64,000 nt of DNA, taken from positions 1 through 64,000 of the IMG/VR virus record IMGVR_UViG_3300003690_003472; one strand, given 5' to 3'. The position numbers were made by a program, and so were the translations under genes. This DNA comes from a virus. Shown here one piece after another: positions 56,012 to 64,000 of this stretch. The notes under the pieces were generated by a model, which saw only the letters and a program-made list of their open reading frames with translations, made no database searches and was not told the origin of the DNA. Within the stretch, counting starts at the first letter, position 1. Each line of letters starts with the position of its first letter.

Positions 56012-59000
56012 ATGGCTATGGACTATAAAAAACTCTATGAAGAAAATCAAATAATTCTAACCAATGCAAGTCCCGAAAAATTAAAAATAGACGCTGAGTC
56101 TGTTGAGTACATGCGGGAGTATTTTAAGAGGAAAGATAGATTTGTTCCGCCTGTTAATTTTTCTGATCCTAAAAATTTCGCACGCTTTGGTTCTGCAGAA
56201 AAATATTATATTGATGCTATTGATAGAATCTATCAAACATATCCCTATGATGGTTCTTTAAAAGAGCGAGTACAGTGGGAGCTGAGTTCTTCTTATTTTG
56301 ATTTATATATTTTTGATGAAGTATACCCAAGAACAAATGGATATATTATTTTTTCTGCAGATGGTTGGTCATCACAAAGTGATGTACATGAAGACTATGG
56401 AGAGCCAACAACAAAAGAATATATTTTCTCAAAAGGTGGCCCAAACACTTCTAAGCGCTCAAAAGATAAAGGCATACGAGATGTAAGTGGCGATTATAGT
56501 AGTGGTTATGCTAATTTTTGGGAGCCGAAAAAAAATAGAGAATGTAATTTAAAAATTGGCGGTGTAGATGGTAACACTGTAGAGTTTTGGATGAAAAAGT
56601 CTGATTTTATTCCTACACTTACTGGGCGTGAAGTTATATTTGATGCCTACACTGAAAACTATATATCTTCTAGTTTAAACTATGGCCGACTAACAATTGA
56701 GATGACATCTTCAGCAGACGCTGCACCATTCAGAATAACATATATGTCTGGTACTTCTGGCTTTGCAGATGAAATTATTGGTTCTTCGCTCACTACGGCA
56801 TCTGTTGCAGATGATTCATGGCATCACTATGCATTTACTTTTAAAAATAATCCCAAAGACACAAGCGAGATAGAGGCTAATTTCTATTTTGATGGTGTTT
56901 GTAATGAAACTATTCTTACTGGTTCTTCGGTCGATTATGTAAGCTCAAGTGTAAATGCAATTATTGGCGCACTTTCAACTGCGCCATCTGGAAGTGTTGG
57001 TACTGCGGCGGCCATTGGTTTGGGGTGGGGTAAATTATCTGGTTCATTAGATGAATTTAGATTTTGGAAAACAAAACGCACCTCAAATCAGATTAATCGT
57101 TATATGATTGAGCCTGTCGGCGGCGGCACAAATACAGATGATGCAAACACAGATCTTGGAGTATATTATAAATTTAATGAAGGCATTACACAAACTGCTT
57201 CTATTGATGAAAACATATTGGACTACTCTGGAAGAATAAGCAACGGTAGTTTTGTTGGATATGGCTCTACCGCTCGCAATGTTGGTTCCGCAATGATAAG
57301 CTCTGGTTTGGTTGACCATGAATTTAAGGATCCAATATTGTATAATTTTCATCCTGATGTACAAAACTTAAGAGAGGATAAAAAACAAATAGGATTGATG
57401 CATGATTATTCTAACAATGCATCGATTTATCATTCACTGCCAACCTGGATTACAGAAGAAAATGGCGATGCTGAATATTCTCCATTAAGAAATTTGATTC
57501 AAATTATGGGTAGTTATTTTGATACAATTTCACAACAAATCGAAGCAATTTCTTACTTAAAACATAAAAACTATTTAAGTTCAAGTTTTAAACCATATCC
57601 TTTTGCTGATAGATTATTACAATCTATTGGATTTACAGAATTTCCAGAATTGTTTTCTGATGCAACAGCATTAGAATATTTTTTGAGTAGAAATGAAAAA
57701 ACACTTTTCGAAAAGAAATTATATGATGTAAAAAATAGTATATATCAAAACATTTATAATAATATTGTATATATTTACAAAACTAAAGGTACTGAAAAAT
57801 CATTTAGAAACCTTATTCATTGCTTTGGTTTGGGTGATGAAATTTACAGAATTAACACATATGGTAACCGTGTTAAATATCGATTAAAAGATAATTTTAA
57901 AACCACATCAGAATATAAAAAGTATGTTAATTTTACTTTAACCGGCACTGCAGAAGCAAGCGTTTTTCCATATTCAGCTAGTACAAATTTTAATTCTCAA
58001 GCAGCTATTAGCGCTTCAAATGGCGATAATCTTTCTTATTTGAGTTTTACAATGGAAAATGAGGTATTTTTTCCGATAAGACATAGCCTTGCTGATAGTA
58101 ATACTACAGTCTCGACAAAAAAGGGACCAAGCAGACAATTTCGAACCACCGTTCCATATATAACTGCTTCTTTGTTTGGAATTCATCAAATCGATGCGGA
58201 CTCCGCTGGCAATGATTTAACTTGGGCTAGTAGCGATTATGCAAATTTTCAAGTTCAACTTTTCAAATCAAGCGATTTTTCTAAAAGAGCCAAATTTGTA
58301 TTAAGGGGCACTGGTGATTCTGTAATAGGTCCCCTAGAACTTGAAAGCGATTACATTGATGATGTTTTTGATGATACTCGTTGGACATTTTCTGTAAGCG
58401 TTAGACCAGGATTATTTTCCCAATCAGAACTTGTAAGCGGCTCAAACGATCCAAATTATAAAGTAGAATTTTATGGTGTTGAAAAAGTTATAGATACTGT
58501 TAGAAATGAATTTTTAATAACCGGCACATTATCTACTACAGATGGTCAACGATTTATGACCAACCCCAAAGCTCCATTTATAGGCGCCCATCGAACAAAC
58601 TTTTCTGGAACTTTACAAGAAAAAACAGATGGAAATATGTCCTCTACGCGAGTTTGGCTAAGCTATTTGCCGACAGGCACCCTTAAACAACACAATCAAG
58701 ATGTAAAAAATTATGGTACCGATCACCCGTATCGAAGTAACTACTTATACCCAACATCATTAACTGAAACTCGGGTTCCTCAAATAGATACATTAGTTTT
58801 AAATTGGACTTTTGATAATATTACCGGGTCTGATTCTAGTGGAGAGTTTTTAGGAGAAGATTTTTCTTCTGGTTCTACTAGTAAACAAGAACGCTACGGT
58901 TGGTTCGGTGAAATTGTTGGGAAACAATATTTGCCGAAAGGTATTGATTTCCCTGCAAACACATCATTTCTTATAAATAAAAAATATGTTTATTCTGCCA

Positions 59001-62000
59001 AAAAGCAGTTACCAGAGATCATAAATAGTTCAGATATGGTTAACATTTTACAAGATGATGATAGATTTTTTAATAAAGTTGATTTATTGCGTCCAACAAA
59101 CTCTTATCTTTCAATAGAAAAAAGTATGTATCAAACCATATCCGAAGAAATGGTTAAAATGTTTTCTACCATTAAAGATTTTAATAATTTAATTGGCGAG
59201 CCAGTAAATAAATATCGCGACGACTATAAACATATGTCAAAGCTTCGACAACTCTTCTTTGAAAGAGTCGGTAACACTCCAGATTTAGATAAATATATTG
59301 ACTTTTATAAATGGGTAGATATTACACTAGACACTCTTCTTGGTTATTTAGTACCAGCTTCTGGAGATATTAGTGATGAATATGGCAGCAATGTTCGTAC
59401 AATGGTGGAAAATCATTTATTGCAAAGAAATAAATATAAGTGGCAATATCCAACGCTAGAAGATAAAACTCCAGATATCGAAGGAAACGTTCTTGGAATT
59501 AAGGAACTTCTTTATAATTGGGAGTTTGGCACACCACCACTACCAGATTCTCCCCTAGATCAATCTCAAGATTGTCGTTGGTGGAAAGAAAGAGCAGAAA
59601 GAACTCAAGGTGACTTATCTTCAGGAGATTCATATGTTGATTCTGATAGACAAACAATATTAGACACTATTATGAATGAGACAAATGCGTCGGCTCCAAT
59701 CTTAGCAAAAAGTAGTTCAAGCGGAATAGAAACATATGCCGGTTCTACCTATGCAATTAGAAAATTGGCAAGACCTTATCAATTCAAAACCGATCAAGTC
59801 GATACGCAAAAAAATGCACTTACTTCTTATCAAAATAAAAATGTTGGTTTTTTCGGCCCAATTAATCAATTTCGAGCTGGTGCAATATATGGAATTATAC
59901 AAGTAGATGAAGACGATTTTTATAGTTTTAAAGACTGTGATGATGATTTAGAATTAAACAACGGCAAAAGAAAATATAGCTTTACTGCCAGAAGTAAAAT
60001 TTTAAGAGAAGCTTTTTTATATAATGATAAAAGTTTAGCCTTTCCAGGCGGCGCCGCGCCATGGGATGACCACCAAGCTTTAATTTCTGACTCTGATAGT
60101 TTAAGTTTTGGTGCCGATGGTACAATAGGTAATGAGCCCTCATTCTCTATTTCCGCTTGGGTATATATGACTGACGCGTCAAATTTTGCAATTTTTTCAA
60201 AGGCGCAATCAACGACAAGAGAATATGCCTTAGACACCGGCGGCAGCGATAATTTGATTTTTAGAATATACGATAGCGCACACACTGTTTATATTGGCGT
60301 CACCACGTTTGGAGCATTCGGCGCGCTAACAGCTTATGAAAATCAGTGGGTGCACATATGTGCTACTTATGACGCCAGCAGAGCATATACAGGCATGAAG
60401 CTGTATATTAATGGCGCAGCCATTTCTACAGCCCAAAGTGACGCCGGATCATATACAGCCATGCATAACACGGGAGAAGATGCGCAATTTGGCCGCATGT
60501 ACGACGCGCAAGCCTTAATGACCACTGGATTTATTGATGAGACGTCTGCTTTTAATAAAGAACTTAGCTCCGCAGAAGTATTAGAGCTTTATAACGATGG
60601 AGTTGTATTTGATTTAGAAGAGAGTTTTTCTGCAGCTGCTAATTTAGTTTCATGGTGGCGAATGGGAGATAAGGCAACTGGTACATCTCCAGATTATACG
60701 ATACCAGATCAAATAGGCAGTAATGATGTTGCAATGTCAAATTTTGACGGCACTTCAACTAGTGGTGTAGTTAATAAAGCGGCGCCTACCGTAACGTTTG
60801 AGGTTGATGATTATGATGACGAATATAAAGGTGATAAAATACTTCCATTTAATTTATATAGTTCATCTATAGAAGGTGGCGTTAACGAATTTATAGATGA
60901 TAATTTTAAAGAAGGTGTTGATATAACAAACTTACATTTAGATACTTATAGTCCAGATTATGAAATCCCAATACAGAGTACATTCACCGAAAGATTCGTT
61001 GGTGGACACCCACATAGACATGTATATACAAATTTTGCTCCTGATAATGATACTCCGGATACCAGCGCTGAAAGACTAGAAGGTTGGAAGCTTGATATAA
61101 ATTCTAATTCTTTAAAAGTTTTAAACGCCGATTATGGAAACGCTAATTTTCCAAGATCTCGTTTTCTTAGAGATGAATATGCAAAGCGCCCCATTAATAT
61201 TAAAAATATTCAAATGACGACGGGATCTGATGGCTATATAGATCCAGACAATACTACAAAAATTGGTAACTATACTAGCAAATATGAATTAGTTATGACC
61301 AGCGGCCGTTCTATTAATAATAGATATTTCGTTAAAAATGGGGGAATTACCACAAGCTCAATTGATTCTAAAACAATTGAGGGTGTTATGGAATATAGTT
61401 TGCCGGGCGCCCTAAAGTCAGACGTAGTACGCACACAGGTTACAAATAATAGTTTAACTTCTTCTGCACGAAATGATTATATTATTGTTAATCGCTTTGC
61501 AGCACCGGGCGATCCCACCACAATGACGCTTGCATATTTAGACGTTGCATCACAAGAATATTCAACTTATAATGCAATGACATGGCGCAATTTAATTGTT
61601 AGGCAGGATTTAAATGAACAATATACGGATCATACCAAACAGTTTGGTTATTTTAGTGATACACAAAATTCAGCTAGTTATGCTTTAGCAGGTGAAACCT
61701 ATCCAGGCACTAGTGGATCTGTAAATGCGCTTAACTATGAAGGATCTGCATCCTTTCATAAAGTTAATAGGAACTCACGTCGTGTAATTAAGCTTGATAG
61801 TTCTGATACTTATATATCGGGAACTGTTTATGACAATTGGTTTGTACAACATCAGATTCCACAATCAGATTTACAATATGCTTGGATTACAGCGAGCGTT
61901 ATTAATGATTATACTGGGTCTGCACTTTATGGTTTTGAACAACCAGATTTTAGTAATGCTAGCTTAGCCTCTACTGATATTACATTTTGTAGTGCTAGTG

Positions 62001-64000
62001 ATTTTGGAAGCTATATTTACAACAACCTCTACGTACATTTTGGTATACCAAGGGAAGAAGTGGGCGGTATCAGAACAAATCACATTCCGGTGGACTTTGC
62101 AGGGTTAAATACTCTTATTGTTGAGCCGATAACTAGTTCCGAAAATCATTTGGGATATGATCCAAGCCAGGGTATTGGTTATGATCAGACTGGCGACGCC
62201 CCGCCTTGGGATGATACGCACTATTTTAATAATGATTATATTTATGTTCTGAACAGTGATTCTGATGCTACTCGCCCGGGCGGCGCCGCAGGCTTAAATT
62301 CGTTAATACTCCACCGTCAAGGCCCATATGGTTGGCCATCTTGGAAACAGATTAGAGGCGGACAACATCCTATAATGCGCGCACATAAAAAAGAAAATAT
62401 TCAATCATTTTTAAAAACTACTATTATTGATCCCATACCCACAGACGCTTGGAAAGGAGTACAATTAAAATCTGTATTTAATCAAGTTGAACCCCCTATA
62501 ACTTCAAAATTTAATCCACTTAAACACTCGCTGGTGTATAAGAAATCTAATGATAATTCTCAAAAGCCAATAATAATATGGAACTCTTATGGAAATCAAA
62601 AAGGTCACTTTACCGACCCTCCAGATTTTAATATTTCTGGAATTACCAATATTAATAATTCAAACTTTATACACGTTAATGCTGGCAACGCCTCAAACAC
62701 ACTCAACCAAGCGAATCAAAGAATATTAATTTATGATACTTTAAATAAATTTCTTTTAAAATCTTTTGGAGGCTATATTTCAGGTGCGGCCAATCCAATT
62801 AGCGATATTACAAGTTTAGATATATCGGAAACAATATATCCTCGTGAGCATTATACGTATCTAAGTGGAACCAGATCGCGCCTCGTCTTTTCGAATAATT
62901 TTTGGAGAGATTTGCGCGATGATAGAACTCTTACATCTTCTAATGCTAATTCGCAAGGGAATATATTGGAATACGGGTCATCAATGTGGTCCCTTGATGC
63001 AAGAATTGATTTTGCGACTGCACAACCCAACCCTTCAGATTCTACTGGAAAAGAAGGAGAATTACAAAACAATTATAGTTTATTTTTCGATACAGATTAT
63101 CACGACCTTCAAGCTGGTGCGGCTTATATACGCCATGTACCAGAAAGCGCTTCCGTTGGAATATTATATGCAGGAGATACAAAATGGGAAGCAAATACAC
63201 AAGCCGACGTAAATCCATTTTTTAATTCTTTTGAAGAATTTTCAGAAGACACTAGAAGAGTTGGTAAAGATTATGGGATTATACCTGAATTTAGAATTAG
63301 TGAACATATGGAGTTTTATGTTAAGAATAACCCAAAAGCACCAGAAAATTGGACAGTCGATAATGATGGTTGGCTAACATTAACTGGTTCTTCTCCTTCC
63401 GGAAGTCTTGATAGTTCTTTTTATACCATTTATAGTAATAGTGATTTTATGAAATATTTTGAGCCGATTAGAACTGACTATGAGAACACTGCAGTTCCAA
63501 CCACCTTAACGCTAAAATGTAAAGGTATCACTAAGTTTTTACCTTATGATGGTTTTTATCCAGCAGAACGTACGGTTCAACTAGCTCAAATGTTTAGTCA
63601 GTCTTATGGAGTAGGAACAAAAGATCTCGGTACCGGCATGGCATCAAAGATAGTTTCTTTTACGGGGGAAGAAAATTGGAGAACATTATTAACACCGATA
63701 TTCTCACCAGGAATATTATATAATTCAATTAAATCGGGCATGGCAGTTGATTATCCAATTAGTACCACTAATTTTCCGACTATCCGGATGATTGTCACTG
63801 GATCTTCAGAACTTGGCACAAAAGATGACGGCGACCGTCGTTTAAAAGGAACTTTTTATACAAGAATTCCATTTGAAGCCCTCGCATCACCGGAAGTTTT
63901 CTTAAATGGTAAAAAAATTATTGATCTTGAACCACACCCTTCGGCGTCTATTGATAGTACAGGTTCTTTTTATGAACCAGATGATCCATTATTTAAATAT
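56012..64000 (+). CDS. Giant tail/baseplate protein with LamG (ConA-like) domains, >2,663 aa, truncated by the window end
   Basis: ATG at 56012. Hand-translated segments along its length and the final codons (GSFYEPDDPLFKY) are in the same frame. It is missing from the track, consistent with no stop in the window. LamG motifs TVEFWMK/WHHYAF/LDEFRFW (~56550-57270) and SISAWVY/WVHICATYD/IDETSAF (~60020-60780). Confidence 0.85.
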   Translation, partial: MAMDYKKLYEENQIILTNASPEKLKIDAESVEYMREYFKRKDRFVPPVNFSDPKNFARFGSAEKYYIDAIDRIYQTYPYDGSLKERVQWELSSSYFDLYIFDEVYPRTNGYIIFSADGWSSQSDVHEDYGEPTTKEYIFSKGGPNTSKRSKDKGIRDVSGDYSSGYANFWEPKKNRECNLKIGGVDGNTVEFWMKKSDFIPTLTGREVIFDAYTENYISSSLNYGRLTIEMTSSADAAPFRITYMSGTSGFADEIIGSSLTTASVADDSWHHYAFTFKNNPKDTSEIEANFYFDGVCNETILTGSSVDYVSSSVNAIIGALSTAPSGSVGTAAAIGLGWGKLSGSLDEFRFWKTKRTSNQINRYMIEPVGGGTNTDDANTDLGVYYKFNEGITQTASIDENILDYSGRISNGSFVGYGSTARNVGSAMISSGLVDHEFKDPILYNFHPDVQNLREDKKQIGLMHDYSNNASIYHSLPTWITEENGDAEYSPLRNLIQIMGSYFDTISQQIEAISYLKHKNYLSSSFKPYPFADRLLQSIGFTEFPELFSDATALEYFLSRNEKTLFEKKLYDVKNSIYQNIYNNIVYIYKTKGTEKSFRNLIHCFGLGDEIYRINTYGNRVKYRLKDNFKTTSEYKKYVNFTLTGTAEASVFPYSASTNFNSQAAISASNGDNLSYLSFTMENEVFFPIRHSLADSNTTVSTKKGPSRQFRTTVPYITASLFGIHQIDADSAGNDLTWASSDYANFQVQLFKSSDFSKRAKFVLRGTGDSVIGPLELESDYIDDVFDDTRWTFSVSVRPGLFSQSELVSGSNDPNYKVEFYGVEKVIDTVRNEFLITGTLSTTDGQRFMTNPKAPFIGAHRTNFSGTLQEKTDGNMSSTRVWLSYLPTGTLKQHNQDVKNYGTDHPYRSNYLYPTSLTETRVPQIDTLVLNWTFDNITGSDSSGEFLGEDFSSGSTSKQERYGWFGEIVGKQYLPKGIDFPANTSFLINKKYVYSAKKQLPEIINSSDMVNILQDDDRFFNKVDLLRPTNSYLSIEKSMYQTISEEMVKMFSTIKDFNNLIGEPVNKYRDDYKHMSKLRQLFFERVGNTPDLDKYIDFYKWVDITLDTLLGYLVPASGDISDEYGSNVRTMVENHLLQRNKYKWQYPTLEDKTPDIEGNVLGIKELLYNWEFGTPPLPDSPLDQSQDCRWWKERAERTQGDLSSGDSYVDSDRQTILDTIMNETNASAPILAKSSSSGIETYAGSTYAIRKLARPYQFKTDQVDTQKNALTSYQNKNVGFFGPINQFRAGAIYGIIQVDEDDFYSFKDCDDDLELNNGKRKYSFTARSKILREAFLYNDKSLAFPGGAAPWDDHQALISDSDSLSFGADGTIGNEPSFSISAWVYMTDASNFAIFSKAQSTTREYALDTGGSDNLIFRIYDSAHTVYIGVTTFGAFGALTAYENQWVHICATYDASRAYTGMKLYINGAAISTAQSDAGSYTAMHNTGEDAQFGRMYDAQALMTTGFIDETSAFNKELSSAEVLELYNDGVVFDLEESFSAAANLVSWWRMGDKATGTSPDYTIPDQIGSNDVAMSNFDGTSTSGVVNKAAPTVTFEVDDYDDEYKGDKILPFNLYSSSIEGGVNEFIDDNFKEGVDITNLHLDTYSPDYEIPIQSTFTERFVGGHPHRHVYTNFAPDNDTPDTSAERLEGWKLDINSNSLKVLNADYGNANFPRSRFLRDEYAKRPINIKNIQMTTGSDGYIDPDNTTKIGNYTSKYELVMTSGRSINNRYFVKNGGITTSSIDSKTIEGVMEYSLPGALKSDVVRTQVTNNSLTSSARNDYIIVNRFAAPGDPTTMTLAYLDVASQEYSTYNAMTWRNLIVRQDLNEQYTDHTKQFGYFSDTQNSASYALAGETYPGTSGSVNALNYEGSASFHKVNRNSRRVIKLDSSDTYISGTVYDNWFVQHQIPQSDLQYAWITASVINDYTGSALYGFEQPDFSNASLASTDITFCSASDFGSYIYNNLYVHFGIPREEVGGIRTNHIPVDFAGLNTLIVEPITSSENHLGYDPSQGIGYDQTGDAPPWDDTHYFNNDYIYVLNSDSDATRPGGAAGLNSLILHRQGPYGWPSWKQIRGGQHPIMRAHKKENIQSFLKTTIIDPIPTDAWKGVQLKSVFNQVEPPITSKFNPLKHSLVYKKSNDNSQKPIIIWNSYGNQKGHFTDPPDFNISGITNINNSNFIHVNAGNASNTLNQANQRILIYDTLNKFLLKSFGGYISGAANPISDITSLDISETIYPREHYTYLSGTRSRLVFSNNFWRDLRDDRTLTSSNANSQGNILEYGSSMWSLDARIDFATAQPNPSDSTGKEGELQNNYSLFFDTDYHDLQAGAAYIRHVPESASVGILYAGDTKWEANTQADVNPFFNSFEEFSEDTRRVGKDYGIIPEFRISEHMEFYVKNNPKAPENWTVDNDGWLTLTGSSPSGSLDSSFYTIYSNSDFMKYFEPIRTDYENTAVPTTLTLKCKGITKFLPYDGFYPAERTVQLAQMFSQSYGVGTKDLGTGMASKIVSFTGEENWRTLLTPIFSPGILYNSIKSGMAVDYPISTTNFPTIRMIVTGSSELGTKDDGDRRLKGTFYTRIPFEALASPEVFLNGKKIIDLEPHPSASIDSTGSFYEPDDPLFKY

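Noticed and set aside
520-63212. The many short minus-strand and alternate-frame ORFs in the track (e.g. 3391-3747 with FAFG repeats, 38642-39127, 62865-63212)
   Set aside because: They are shadows of longer motif-bearing genes. FAFG is just the antisense of the PKAK repeat.
1-64000. Alternative genetic code (TAG/TGA recoding, as in some jumbo phages)
   Set aside because: Code 11 gives long, tightly coupled ORFs, and TAG and TGA end genes at sensible places (e.g. 15138, 24337, 35807, 43486).
1-64000. Eukaryotic giant virus (NCLDV) origin suggested by GT29, exostosin-like and GAPDH genes
   Set aside because: SD sequences, sigma70 promoters, tmRNA, a sigma factor, a peptidoglycan amidase and T4-like baseplate genes indicate a bacteriophage.
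40370-64000. Diversity-generating retroelement acting on tail proteins
   Set aside because: No reverse transcriptase and no TR/VR repeat pair seen in the window.

Overview
The window is a segment of a large, AT-rich tailed dsDNA phage genome with a contractile, T4-like baseplate. It uses standard code 11, is almost all + strand and is gene-dense. Layout: (1) 1-8.2 kb, acidic proteins carrying recurrent L/I-x-E and LFExWRxYLxE motifs, probably head-core or ejected proteins. These include a HhH-glycosylase-like protein, a zincin/Rho-N/PKAK-repeat mosaic and a ligase-like plus NMNAT/cytidylyltransferase-like fusion. (2) 8.2-16.2 kb, accessory genes: Fis-type HTH, a near-consensus sigma70 promoter driving a candidate structured RNA and a complete tmRNA (tag ANDNVEFDYALAA), an archaeal-type GAPDH, a secreted trypsin-like protease, PIN-PhoH, DoxX and a Cas4-like nuclease. 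(3) 16.2-38.4 kb, a 22-kb glycan island of 26 intact genes plus 1 remnant: seven GT-like genes including a GT29 sialyltransferase-like gene, GDP-deoxysugar enzymes (gmd, fcl, colD-like, DegT) and an unusual nonulosonic-acid module without neuC. (4) 38.4-40.4 kb, small genes and a gp55-like sigma factor. (5) 40.4-64 kb, the baseplate/tail module, ending in a >2,663-codon ORF absent from the ORF track. The best candidate for an undescribed system is a phage-encoded virion glycosylation system: the soluble glycan island plus tail proteins strongly enriched in a [ST]-G-[ST] motif that may be the acceptor sequon. All family assignments come from motifs read by eye and recalled family knowledge; no searches were run.
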